Origin: an uncultured Gammaproteobacteria bacterium | GTDB taxonomy: Bacteria > Patescibacteriota > Microgenomatia > Levybacterales > GWA1-39-11 | Direction: 5' to 3' | NCBI GenBank assembly: GCA_964485575.1 | Contig: CAZAJO010000008.1 | Coordinates: 921-64,920, forward strand | Length of the DNA: 64,000 nt | Shown: one piece after another, positions 25,301 to 30,925 of the stretch | Position numbering within the stretch: the stretch's first letter is position 1 | How the letters are laid out: the number at the start of each line of letters is the position of its first letter | Notes under the pieces: generated by a model | What the model was told of the DNA's origin: nothing | What the model saw: only the letters and a program-made list of their open reading frames with translations | Databases searched by the model: none | Position numbers and translations under genes: made by a program

Positions 25301-26113
25301 TAAAGTATTTGCAATATCTGGATCAGTGAGACATGAAGAACAATGTCCACGTGCAACCAAAGTTTCGAGTGTCGTTATGTCGGAAATGGTGAGATCAGTT
25401 ATCTGTATGCCATCACCCGCAAGAAGCTCTATATCACCTGTCTGACCCTGGAGTGAAGTAACCCCACTGGCATCCACAGAAATCGTGGGGGACTGTGGAT
25501 CTCCACTCAAAGTCACATTGTCACCAGCGGTTAGACTGTAGACTACATTTGGAGCTGTGATATTCCCTTTGAAAAGACTCGTACCCTCAACGAGAAGATT
25601 TTTCTTTATCGTTAGGTTCTCACGAGCAACAACCGGCAGTCCAAAAATCACACTACCGGTTAGCTTCAATTTGCTTGTTTGGGTTCCAAGTACTTCCGGT
25701 GTTTCGGTTGCGACATCTGTAGATTTAATTATTTTTGGAGCTGAATTCTTTATTAGCTGTTGCCTTGCAAAAACACCAGTAACGAAAAGTGCTGAGGCTA
25801 AAACACCGAGAACCAGGGTTTTCTTTGTTGGTTTGAGGTATGCGAATTGAAAGAATAGCCTTGTAGCCTCAAAAAGGAGGCTCATACTGTTGATAAATGA
25901 CTGAAATGGGCTTATAGTTTTATCAGCTGATGGAACAGCATCCACCTTAGCTTTGCTAGCTTCTACGAGCTTGGTAAGATCATCTTGCCTGTACTGAAAT
26001 TCTCCTTTTTCGTTGGTAAATGGGGTAAGTGAGTGGCGGTCGCAGAGATACACAAGGGTTTCTACTGAAACACCAAGCTGACGAGCTGCCTGTTTTAACG
26101 TTAATAATTTCAT
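1..26113 (-). CDS. giant N-terminally membrane-anchored repeat (beta-strand-rich, adhesin/fibre-like) protein, partial: >=8,704 codons in window, C-terminus beyond position 1
   Basis: ATG at 26113-26111; hand translation gives MKLLTLKQAARQLGVSVETLVYLCDR... Seventeen Cys-loop motifs between 1388 and 24304 all lie in the ATG frame (lowest codon coordinate = 2 mod 3). The last in-window codons (40-2: LTQVSTLGTNGNV) are in the same frame. The track lists no minus ORF starting at 26113, as expected for an ORF running off the window (ppa at the right edge is omitted the same way). Confidence 0.88.
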   Translation of the reverse strand, partial: MKLLTLKQAARQLGVSVETLVYLCDRHSLTPFTNEKGEFQYRQDDLTKLVEASKAKVDAVPSADKTISPFQSFINSMSLLFEATRLFFQFAYLKPTKKTLVLGVLASALFVTGVFARQQLIKNSAPKIIKSTDVATETPEVLGTQTSKLKLTGSVIFGLPVVARENLTIKKNLLVEGTSLFKGNITAPNVVYSLTAGDNVTLSGDPQSPTISVDASGVTSLQGQTGDIELLAGDGIQITDLTISDITTLETLVARGHCSSCLTDPDIANTLTIGSGGSVAGEAIKTGLISVGVGGTGLSTYTTGDIIYAASTDVLAGLPIGTTGQFLTVDPSGIPSWTNITSFAVATIKENDVVVSNVINALDFLGGDFDVTESPSGEANIQLSSTLTSVTGVANNFNLGGTILSFTGAGSVLSAGASSLTLDSGTTGTVNLGTGNNAKIINVGTGTAGNVINIATDNTAADIINIGSALDTATIGAGLVTIPNGRLGIGVAPDDLDADGNPFRLEVAGSIGPSADDTYDLGSALRRYRNLYLTGTTTAGGDITIANSDPSVFFVDSDVGQDDYSVNVDTSQFTIYNTTTGAQALLIASDGDVSLAGGSGTTGCTIDDATGNLVCSGNITTTNTSGTVGFFTRNNGTSTIAPTTAGDNLSTSGNILTTGAGTIVSATTLTAQAVTNQIVLGTGNTTTITSPAPGAARIATLPALSADDTFVFANETQTLSNKTIGATGLTFSGAATDVSTLANEDFTITPNGTGQIVLSNTTRLLNLPGPGVSATTLCRDNVSNEITQCPANAGGISLQLAYNSGNTISVSDSIGNLDFTLASDSARALTLTNAGTASSALVINDTNAAIQNALEVQSGGSTTLTINENGILSTSGNILTTGAGTITSAGTLTASNGLTLTTGTLNLTATAGTLNLSGLSGSSISTGVNNLLITSANLNTTATGINSTAVGSTTPSTGAFTNLSANGAFTLSSFITDGVVINNSSGVFSTIAQLNPARGGTGLDTSAALPGQILIGNGTGLSLNYISGTSNQVNVVNGSGTIVLSTPQDIAATSSPTFASQTLSNTSNQLTLGAAGNTLVINSNSQSVPRTATIPALNASDTFVFANETQTLSNKTIGSTGLIFSGAATDITTASNEDLTLSASGIGQIVLSNTVRLGSLPAAGVAATTLCRDNVSNEITQCPANASNVSLQLAYDSGNTITTTANRNIDFTLGSGLSTSLLLTNVGTASAFVINDTSGSVNNSLVIQSSGSATLTINENGLLSTSGNILTTGTGSILSATTLTAQAATNQLVLGSGNTTTISSVAPSAPRIATLPALTVDDTFIFAQQTQTLTNKTIGTTGLVFSGAATDISTLANEDFTITPNGTGQIVLSNITRLENLPVAGVAATTLCRDDLSHQVTECPANAANISLQLAYEAGNTISASNSFGDISLTLADLSSRQFLLTNAGTGSAAFVINDTNASVQNALSIQSSGSATLTINENGNLTTAGVLTSLAATNQLVLGTGNTTTISSVAPAASRIATIPGLSANDTFIFANQSQTLTNKLLTDNSITFQDDGDNTKQFLFDLSQITTGTLRTISIPDYDGTVCLTVGNCAGAGGVVGGAGTLNRLAKFTVTGSNIGDSNFTDDGTTITSLTAFNVGDQTGVDTLSLLRLATSTSGATLNNSNLLSLQGSYWNGASSNNLTFSLQNQILTTAPTYQLAFVNNAGDNAATLSYAGNLGLAATTNQLSLGTINTTTINSPAPGAPRIATLPALTFDDTFIFAAQTQTLTNKTIGASGLVFSGAANDLITVSNEDLTLTPNGTGQIVLSNIARLENLPLAGVSGTTLCRDDSSHEITECPANAANISLQLAYEAGNTISATDGEGNIDFTLADLSSRQFLLTNAGTGSAAFVINDTNASIQNALSIQSSGSATLTISENGNLITTGSITSNSLSTGAITATGSLTFNGVGTDITTVSNQDLTITPDGTGQIVLSNITKLLNLPAAGLSATTLCRDDITNEITECPANAANISLQLAYEAGNTISATDGEGNIDITLADLSSRQFLLTNAGTGSAAFVINDTNASLQDVFQAQSSGSATLTISENGNLTSVGNLSTSGNILTTGTGAITSAGLLTAQNGFTVTTGAVNITGTSGALSLSGLSASSLQFGGNNLLIGAANLNVTATGINSTAIGATTPSTAAFTTVTANTSVTISPFTTAGVVINNASGVLASEQQLAPLRGGTGVDSSAAPNGALLIGNGSGFSLNTITGTSNQVLVANGSGTISLSLPQSIAATSSPTFASLNLTNTTNQVVLGTTNTTTITSLAPSASRFATIPALTADDTFIFANQTQTLSNKSIGSTGLIFSGAATDITTNSNEDLTLSPDGTGQIVLNTITRIPNLSGTVGATVVCRNGANELSICSSNALNVTLQQAYNSGNTIVANDLHGNIDFTLADLSSRQFLLTNAGTGSAAFVINDTNASIQNALSIQSSGSATLTISENGTLSTIDNILTTSGGTITSNGLLTASNGLTVTAGAVNITGSSGAIVLTGLGASTFDSGANALTFTSSNFNTTATGINNTAIGATTPSTGNFTTLTTTGNASFSGNLTLAGAPRSIQTTDFNTLTIGGNTTGLVQIAGNTDITGLLSVQGAATFNNNISQVGTGTFSTGTGTVSLNGNTSVTGSNTFSVGTGATTLGSTLTVASTATFNGNVFVTTGNSFNASGSAVFTPSTGNNVVFNTSSNERIQINGLQTQNGNTLCLDVSNNLAYCNGAPFGLQAAYNTGNTITTTPGRDLAFTLGQDQTTSLTLTNLGTASAFIINDNNANTNTSLEIQSSGSATLSINELGNLTTSGNIATTGTGTITSNALLTASNGLSVTTGAVNITGTSGALNLSGLSASSLQFGGNNLLIGSGNFTVTATGINNTAIGATTPSTGNFTNLTTTGTASFSGDLTLAGAPRSIQTTENNTLTIGGNTTGNIVVSPLSGAGNFTVNGNSAFNGTLNVLGVSTFNDNISQVGASTFTTGTGAITLNGNTSVTGTNTLTVGTGLTTLGGALTVNGVGTFTNNISQTGTGTFSTGTGNVSLNGNTSVTGSNTFTVGTGATTLGSTLDVAGTATFNSNVFITTGNSFNASGAAVFAPSSGNNVVFNTTGTERIQINGLQTQNGNTLCLDVSNNLAYCNGAPFGLQAAYNTGNTITTTPGRNLAFTLGQDQTTSLTLTNLGTASAFIINDNNANTNTSLEIQSSGSATLTINELGNLTTSGNISTTGTGTITSAGLLTASNGLTLTTGALNLTATSGTLNLSGLSASSINTGGNNLTFTSNNFNTTATGINGTAIGVTTPSTGNFTLLTTTSNASISGNLTLAGAPRSIQTTELSALTIGGDTTGEITLSPLNGIGNLNINALTLLNGNTSVTGANTFTVGTGLTTLGGALTVNGVGTFNNNITQVGAYTFSTGTGNVSLNGNTTVTGSNTFSVGTGATTLGSTLDVAGISTFNGNVIITNGNSFDASGSAVFTPSTGNNVVFNTTSNERIQINGLQTQNGNTLCLDVSNNLAYCNGAPFGLQAAYNTGNSITTTPGRSIDFTLGQDQTTSLTLTNQGTASAFIINDNNENTNTALEIQSSGSATLTINELGNLTTSGNIATTGTGTITSAGLLTASNGLTLTTGAINLTATSGVLSLSGLSASSINAGVNNLLITSGNFTATATGINSTAIGATTPSTGAFTTLSSTGTTNLGTSGASDVNIATTGTGNVAIGNATGTFAVTSNGGLNVTTLGALTGVISLDTIGVSATDLTFAGVGTISATGSNSLTLDTGTTGDINLGIGNSAKTIYIGTGTGGNVINIATNDTLADIVNIGSLLDTINLVGSVTANNFNSSGVTVTGGTINGTSVGATVRSSGAFTTLAANSTVLIENLTTSSGTALCIDSFDNIIKCSIGSGTGTLQSSYNNGNTILTNDGRNIAFTLAPGLNLPTSFTLENQSTASAFILNDTSAGGGGTFFDLQSNGASTLKVSEAGVIYLAGDNTSDITTLVGGTDITINPASSTVDATGGNLRLVAGTSTAGGSTGGSVTINAGAGASANGSINIGTLSTGNTVNIGTDNTSPDFINIGSGTDTVNLVGAVTANNLSSSNAVITGGSIDNTPIGNTTRSSGKFTTLAANSTVTIENLVTVVGSPLCTNGDDEVVLCDVGSSAGTLQSSYDNGNTILTNSGRNIDFTLASGLNAATSLTLTNEGTASAFIINDNNAAPNQVALEIQSGGNRRLTIDESGNASTSGYISSSNSIQTIGSGTITSANGLFVTAGGASINGGINNNTGGITNTGSITGATNITASGTSQGDILNAVTSIQTNGTQRVDASGNLVNIGTIASGAITTTGTLTFSGVSTDITTVSNQDLTLLANGTGKIVLNDTVGIPILAGVQGFTVLCQNATNELSQCDPTAFGVTLQSAYNGGNTILTTAGKNIDFTLDSGLTTQLRLTNAGSANAFVINDSNVGSGGIVFEVQSASVSALTISELGTISTSGNIATTGTGTITSAGALTVSAGGASITGGINNNNGGITNTGAITGATNITASGTIQGDTINALTAFQLNGTSINVGGTLSNVAYLDQANVFTNTNTFSSAAPLTLSNSAPDITLATAGNNGVLRIRDAEGSPNTLLALTDAGTVGNLAISGTINAVSGFQLNGTNINTTGTLTNVAYKGQNNNFTVGQTIGGALTVTTGGASITGGINNNTGGITNTGAITGATNITASGTTQTDILNAITAIQLNGVNINTGGTLSNVAYLDTANTFTLGQTINTGGITVVAGGANISGGINNNNGGITNTGAIAGATTIAASGVVTLSGASPLTLSNTTPIITLGAGNAAGTLTIKDSNGTPNTLLTLVDNGTVATLTVGTINATSALQLNGANINTANTLTNVAYKNQSNTFTAGQIITTGGLAIQAGGLDVTGGINNNAGGITNAGAISGATSIDASGVVTLSNAAPLTLSDSAPVITLATAGTNGVLTIKDAEGAPNTLLTLTDTGTTGNLSVTGSINAGTGILLGGTNINTTGTLTNVAYKGQNNNFTVGQTIGGALTVTTGGASITGGINNNTGGITNTGAITGATNITASGTIQGDIINAITALQLNGTDINTAGILTNVAYKNQSNTFTAAQIISSGGLSVTGGINNNNGGITNTGAIGSATTIDASGLVTLSSSTPLALTATTSAITVAAAGSNGTLTIRDGEGSPNTLLTLTDTGTVGNLSVTGTINAVGGYLLNGTNINTTGTLTNVAYKGQNNNFTVGQTIGGALTVTTGGASITGGINNNAGGITSTGAISGVTDITASGVVTLSGASPLTLSNAAPVLTLATTGVDGVLTIADAQGSPNTLLTLTDNGTNATLAVANINATTGFLLNGTNINVGTTLSNVAYLDQANLFAIGQTINTGGITINAGGANITGGINNNTGGITNTGAITGATNITASGTIQGATINATSVFQLNGTSINTTGTLTNVAYKGQNNNFTTAQNIAGTVTITGAATDITTGSNEDLTLVANGSGVINLNDTIQIPTLASPDGSTALCRNAGDFLSACAPNSNGVTLQLAYDAGNTILTTSGRNIDFTLYDENTDSGTPTSFTLMNAGSANAFVINDVRTGSGGIAFEIQSASASALTITELGTITTSGNIATTGTGTITSAGALTVSAGGASITGGINNNTGGITNAGAISGATTIGASGLVTLSAASPLTFSNTNPIVTLGAGNANGVLTIRDSAGSPNTLLTLTDAGTVGNLSVTGTINAGTGYLLNGTNINTAGTLTNVAYLNQANIFTAGQTITTGGLAIQAGGADITGGINNNTGGITNTGAITGATNITASGTTQTDILNAITAIQLNGTNINTAGTLSNVAYKNQSNTFTAAQIISAGGLSVVGGINNNNGGIINTASISGATTIDASGVVTLSGANPLALTNGTPNISLATAGVDGVLTIKDAEGSPNTLLTLTDAGTVGNLSVTGTINAANGFLLGGTNINTTGTLSNVAYKGQDNNFTVGQTIGGALTVTTGGASITGGINNNTGGITNTGAISGATTIGASGLVTLSAGSPLTFSNTNPIVTLGAANANGTFTIKDSAGVPNTLLTLTDAGSVGNLSVTGSVNAGTTLQIGGVDINTAGTLTNVAYQNQSNTFTALQTITTGGLTISADGASITGGINNNTGGITNTGAITGATNITASGTIQGATINGTSVIQLNGVDINTAGTLTNVAYQNQANTFTALQTISSGGLTISAGGANITGGIDNNVGGITNTGAIAGATTIAASGTVTLSSGSPLTLSNTTPIITLGAGNAAGVLTIRDSNGAPNTLLTLTDNGTTATLAVANINATTAFLLNGTSINTTGTLSNVAYKGQDNNFTVGQTIGGALTVTTGGASITGGINNNAGGITNTGAITGATNITASGTIEGATLNATNNIQTNGVTRLDVIGNLTNINTISSGAITTSGVLTFNGVPTDITTGPNENLTLAPNGTGEILLNNYVQVATLSATTGLTTVCRNASNQLSTCAANASAVTLQQAYDAGNTILTTSGRNIDFTLDSGLSTQFTLTNAGSANAFVINDTNAGTGGVALDVQSAGVSKLSISELGNISTSGNITTTATGTITSAGALTVNSGGAYLKGGINNNSGGIINTGSITGITNLTASGTATLTGSSPLTLSNANPNIRLATAGTDGTLTISDAEGSPNTLLTLTDNGTVGTLSVGTVNASTGFTLGGTDINTTGTLTNVAYKGQNNNFTVGQTIGGLLTVTTGGITVSAGGASINGGINNNAGGITSTGAIAGATTIAASGTVTLSSAAPITLTNSAPDITLGAGDANGTLSIKDSAGSPNTLLTLVDNGTDATLTVGTVNALSALQINGANINTTGTLTNVAYKGQNNNFTVGQTIAGLLTVSSGGASITGGINNNTGGITNTGAITGATNITASGTIQGATLNATSVIQLAGTDINTAGTLTNVAYQNQANTFTALQTITTGGLTINAGGANITGGIANNAGGITGTGAIAGATTIDASGTVTLSSASPLTFSNTNPIVTLGAGNAAGVLTIRDSNGAPNTLLTLTDNGTTATLAVANINATTAFLLNGTSINTTGTLSNVAYKGQDNNFTVGQTIGGALTVTTGGASITGGINNNTGGITSAGAISGATTIDASGTVTLSSASPLTLSNNAPVLTLATAGNNGVFTIKDAEVSPNTLLTLTDNGTNGTLTVANVNATTALQFNGTNINTTGTLSNVAYKGQNNNFTVGQTIGGLLTVSAGGANITGGINNNAGGITNTGAVSGATNITASGTIQGGTLDATTSVQTSGTDRIDASGNLVNIGTISSGAITTTGTLTFDGVSTDITTGTNEDLTLTPNGTGQIVLSNLTQVPTLGTNGTIGLCRNALNQIATCNAATATLQTAYDNGNTITTTTGRNIAFTLAGGLGSPTSFTLTNAGTANAFILNDTAAGTGGIAINVKSNGTSTLTIDELGNLTTSGNIVTTGTGAITAAGLLSATNGASISAGLDNNLGGITNAGAITGATNITASGTIEGDIINAVSAFQLNGTSINTAGTLTNVAYKNQNNNFTVGQTIAGLLTVSTGGASITGGINNNTGGLTNAGAISGATTIAASGTVTLSGVSPLTLSNASPIVTLATQGTNGVLTIRDAELSPNNLLTLTDYGDGGSLSVSSISATTSLQLNGVDINTAGTLTNVAYRNQNNNFTVGQTIAGLLTVSSGGASITGGINNNTGGISNTGAITGATNITASGTIQGATVNATSVIQLNGTDINTAGTLTNVAYQNQQNTFSQNNIFSNANPVTLSDNAPIVTLATIGNNGVLTIKDAEGSPNTLLTLTDAGTVGNLSLSGTINAVSGFLLNGTNINTTGTLSNVAYKGQNNNFTVGQTIAGLLTVSSGGASITGGINNNTGGITNTGAIAGATNITASGTVTLSGASPLTLTNAAPTAILGTAGVDSTLTINDGDANTLLSLTDAGTVGNLSLTGSVNAVTGFLFNGTNINTTGTLTNVAYKGQNNNFTVGQTIGGALTVTTGGASITGGIDNNNGGVTNTGAITGATNITASGTTQTDILNAITAIQLNGANINTAGTLTNVAYLNQANTFTNTNTFSSATPVVLSNTNPVITLGAGNAAGTLTINDSNGSPNTLLTLVDNGTVGTLTVGTVNASSNVQTNGTTRIDASGNLTNIGTVSSGAITTTGTLTFNGVSTDITTGTNENLTIAPNGTGEIILSNLVQVPTLGTNGTSGLCRNASNQIASCNANVNNVTLQQAYEAGNTISATDNEGNIDFTLANLNSRQFTITNAGTGSAALVINDTNASIQNALQIQSSGSATLAINENGNLTTSGNIVTTGTGTITAANGFVATAGGANITGGINNNTGGITNTGAIAGATNITASGTVQTDVLNAITAIQLNGLNINTAGTLTNVAYLNQANTFTNTNTFSSATPIILSNTNPVVTVGAGDAAGTLTIKDSAGSPNTLLSLVDNGTVATLSVDTINALSQLQVNGANINTTGTLSNVAYKGQNNNFTTAQTIGGLLTVSTGGLTVSAGGASITGGFNNNNGGITNAGAVSGVTTLDASGTVTLSGISPLTLSNTTPTITLSTLGNNGTLTIKDAEGSPNTLLTLVDNGTTATLSASSINGVTDIQTNGVRRIDASGNLTNIGTVSSGAITTTGTLTFNGVSTDITTGTNENLTIAPNGSGQILLSNLTQVSTLGTNGNV
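15300..18700 (-). repeat. intragenic repeat zone 2: three tandem units of about 1.13-1.23 kb
   Basis: The anchor motif LCLDVSNNLAYCNGAPFGLQAAYNTGN (Cys pairs 17861/17891, 16631/16661, 15500/15530) gives periods of 1230 and 1131 nt (both divisible by 3). Long DNA stretches around each anchor are near-identical. Confidence 0.85.
18700..24310 (-). repeat. intragenic repeat zone 1: seven Cys-loop modules (C-x10-C x6, then C-x9-C)
   Basis: Cys pairs at 24269/24302, 23747/23780, 22568/22601, 21905/21938, 20591/20624, 20096/20129 and 18908/18938. The last six are followed by the conserved (S/T)LQxAYxxGNTI..IDFTL..SRQFLLTNAGTGSAAFVINDTNAS.QNALSIQSSGSATLTI.ENGN; the first (24269/24302) is not. 19860-20115 and 20350-20610 are highly similar at DNA level; the minimal module is about 165 aa. 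Confidence 0.8.
25766..25819 (-). other. single transmembrane signal-anchor helix of the giant protein
   Basis: aa 99-116 TLVLGVLASALFVTGVFA is preceded by KPTKK (positive-inside). This implies an N-in/C-out topology with about 8,600 aa outside. Confidence 0.6.
25955..26113 (-). other. N-terminal helix-turn-helix segment (excisionase/MerR-like, HTH_17-type) of the giant protein
   Basis: aa 1-53 MKLLTLKQAARQLGVSVETLVYLCDRHSLTPFTNEKGEFQYRQDDLTKLVEAS fits the LTxxEAAxxLGVSxxT...LxP...GxxxFxxxDL pattern of HTH_17 domains (pattern from memory, not searched). Confidence 0.55.
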
Positions 26114-26158
26114 TGACGAGTTTTGACTATCGCGTATATATAAAACGGGTGTATATCT

Positions 26159-26188
26159 AATGTATCTATTTTCGATAAAACTAGTCAA
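26159..26188 (-). promoter_or_regulatory. candidate promoter of the giant gene
   Basis: Minus strand TTGACT (26188-26183) - N18 - TACATT (26164-26159), 45 nt upstream of the ATG. No obvious SD. Confidence 0.3.
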
Positions 26189-26600
26189 CGTATGTTAATG
26201 ATAGGTACTGTAACAAACTGTACTGTTTTTCATAAAAAAATATATAACGTGTAGAAGCGGTTAAAAAGCGAAAAAAAATGATGATGCATTATGTTATAGA
26301 AAGTAGTAGTCATCCTAAACCGTATCAAATCTTAAAAAACAGAATATATTTCACAAAAACTTTTCACGCACATTAATCTTATAGTAACTATTCAGCAAAT
26401 TTTAATATTTTTATTTTCTCAAAATTGCAGAAAAAAATATTTCATTTTTCGCAAAATTAAAATTGACTTTTCACAGAATTGCGATATTTGAAGCTAATTA
26501 TTTTACGGTATTATAAATTGCTTTGATATAACAGAATAAAATGCATTATTGAGTTTATTAGTAGTACATAATGTAATTTAGCTTGGATTCAAGGCCAAAT

Positions 26601-26873
26601 TTATTTATCCATGAAGAGAACTTCGATTCCTAAGAAGATATTAGCGCTGTCTTGTTTGACTTTCATGACAGCTTGTTCGAATTTCAACTCTTTTACTTTC
26701 TGACGGTTATCGTAAAGAACTAACTCTTGGCGTATGATAGAGATGAAGTTAGCATGCATCGGGTATATATCAAATGGTCCAACTTCATTGAAAGAACTTA
26801 TACGTTCAACCTCACCTTCATAGATAATGTTTTCAGTATCTCTGACTTTAACTTTGAATTTTTTCTCACTCAT
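26601..26873 (-). CDS. atpC: F1 ATP synthase epsilon subunit, N-terminal beta-sandwich only (90 aa)
   Basis: EVGPFDIYPMHANFISII matches the epsilon GxxGILPGHAPL region. It is the last gene of the atp cluster and has no C-terminal helical hairpin. Confidence 0.8.
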   Translation of the reverse strand: MSEKKFKVKVRDTENIIYEGEVERISSFNEVGPFDIYPMHANFISIIRQELVLYDNRQKVKELKFEQAVMKVKQDSANIFLGIEVLFMDK

Positions 26874-26883
26874 AAGATCCTAT

Positions 26884-29287
<2,404 letters not shown>

Positions 29288-29290
29288 ATG

Positions 29291-30925
29291 TTAATTTTTT
29301 GGACCTCCTTCTTGAGGTATGGGTGCAATTGGGGCTACAGATGGCATAGCGTGTTGAGGTGTAGACTCGTGGGGAACTGCGGATTGGGGTGGTGATGCAA
29401 CCTGATGAGTAGGTTGTAGTGGGGCTTGTGCTGCAAATTGTGGCTGGACTATTTCTGCTCCTTTTATCGACATGGCAAGAAGAGCATCTTTATTATCCAT
29501 TATCTTTTTATTGAATTCCTTCAGGTCATTCGTAGCAGTTACATCATACAATATTTTTTGCCTACCTCTGTCATAATAAGCTGTTATCAAGCCCCTCTTT
29601 ACATCTTCGAGATCCTCAACTTTTTCGATGAGGTTTTGTAGTATCAGGGATATGACTACTAACTGCACAATTCGTGGAACTGACTCCTGATAAGGCTGGT
29701 TGAAGAATTTTTGGATAAGCTCTCCAAGTCTTAAGTTTTTCTTCACATCCTCAGTTAACTCTTGCCCAAAGTGGGAAATATTTTGCAATTTATCATTTTG
29801 TGAGATGAATGCTGTCAATTCTTTATTGATTTCCCGTGTCAATTTATCCAATGTCTGACGGCCAACACGGGTAACTGAAAGTGGAATGTTAACAGCCGGC
29901 CTCATTCCTTGAAAATAGATATTGCTGTCCAAATAGATGTGACCATCAGTAATTCCCATAACATTTGTTGTTATATATCCGGTAAAATCACCTTCAACAA
30001 TTTCAATGACAGGAAGGCAAGTCAGGCTCACTTCTCCTTTTGTTTTATGTTTGAAATTTCCTCCACGCTCGAGTAATCTTGAATGTACATAAAAGATATC
30101 CCCAGGATATGAATCACGACCAGGAAATCTACGGGCAAGAAGAGAAATCTCGCGGTAAAATTTTGCATGAGATGAAAGATCATCCAGTATCAAAAGTGTG
30201 TCTGTTCCTTGTTCTTTAAAATATTCAGCAATGGTCATTGCAGCATAAGGTGTCTGATAAATGAGAGTCGGAGAGTCATAGGAGCTTGTCGCTACAATTA
30301 TTATTTTATTCATGATTTTCTCTTCGATAAAAAATTGTTGTAGCTTTTTGATATCGCTTTTCTTTTTGGCGATAGCTGCATAAATCACTGTATTACCCTC
30401 AAATATCTGGGTTTTTATGATATTCATGATAAGAGATGTCTTTCCGGTCTTTCTGTCCCCGATAAGAAGTTCCCGTTGACCTCGCCCTAAGGGAATCATA
30501 AGATCCAAAAGTGCAACTCCTGTCACCAATTGCTTTGTAATCTTTTGACGGCCAGATATTCCGACCGGTTTTGCCTCAATATCTCGCATTGTTGTTGGAG
30601 GAGTGAAAGGAATACTTGGATCTAGAGGTTCTCCCAATGGATTTATGGCATGTCCCAGAAGTTCCGGACCGACCGGAACAGATAAAAGTGTATCGGTTCT
30701 TGTTACCATCGTACCCACTCGGACAGGCTCATGGGAAAAAACACGAGCCTCGACTTTCCCCCTATTGATGGCAAACACCTCAGCCTTCTGACCGGTCTCA
30801 AAAAGTATGACCTCGTGAGTTCTGACTTTTGGTAGCCCCTCGATAAATGCGATAGGATGGCTAACCTGATAAACAACACCGTATTCTCCTGATTTTTGTA
30901 GTAAAGCGTCAAATTGAGCGTTCAT
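29291..30925 (-). CDS. atpA: F1 ATP synthase alpha subunit with a roughly 50-aa Pro/Gln-rich C-terminal tail
   Basis: Walker A GDRKTGKT. 544 aa; the tail reads QPQFAAQAPLQPTHQVASPPQSAVPHESTPQHAMPSVAPIAPIPQEGGPKN. The TAATG overlap with atpH suggests translational coupling. Confidence 0.95.
   Translation of the reverse strand: MNAQFDALLQKSGEYGVVYQVSHPIAFIEGLPKVRTHEVILFETGQKAEVFAINRGKVEARVFSHEPVRVGTMVTRTDTLLSVPVGPELLGHAINPLGEPLDPSIPFTPPTTMRDIEAKPVGISGRQKITKQLVTGVALLDLMIPLGRGQRELLIGDRKTGKTSLIMNIIKTQIFEGNTVIYAAIAKKKSDIKKLQQFFIEEKIMNKIIIVATSSYDSPTLIYQTPYAAMTIAEYFKEQGTDTLLILDDLSSHAKFYREISLLARRFPGRDSYPGDIFYVHSRLLERGGNFKHKTKGEVSLTCLPVIEIVEGDFTGYITTNVMGITDGHIYLDSNIYFQGMRPAVNIPLSVTRVGRQTLDKLTREINKELTAFISQNDKLQNISHFGQELTEDVKKNLRLGELIQKFFNQPYQESVPRIVQLVVISLILQNLIEKVEDLEDVKRGLITAYYDRGRQKILYDVTATNDLKEFNKKIMDNKDALLAMSIKGAEIVQPQFAAQAPLQPTHQVASPPQSAVPHESTPQHAMPSVAPIAPIPQEGGPKN

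Noticed and set aside
78-25850. More than 60 + strand ORFs (60-346 aa) from the track, rich in P, V, A, I and L (for example 16725..17765, 10107..10745).
   Set aside because: They are antisense shadows of the giant minus-strand gene. They have low complexity, lack start context, tile one antisense frame, and repeat with the same period as the sense repeats. The short minus ORFs in this span (for example 14005..14325 and 21871..22200) are off-frame artefacts as well.
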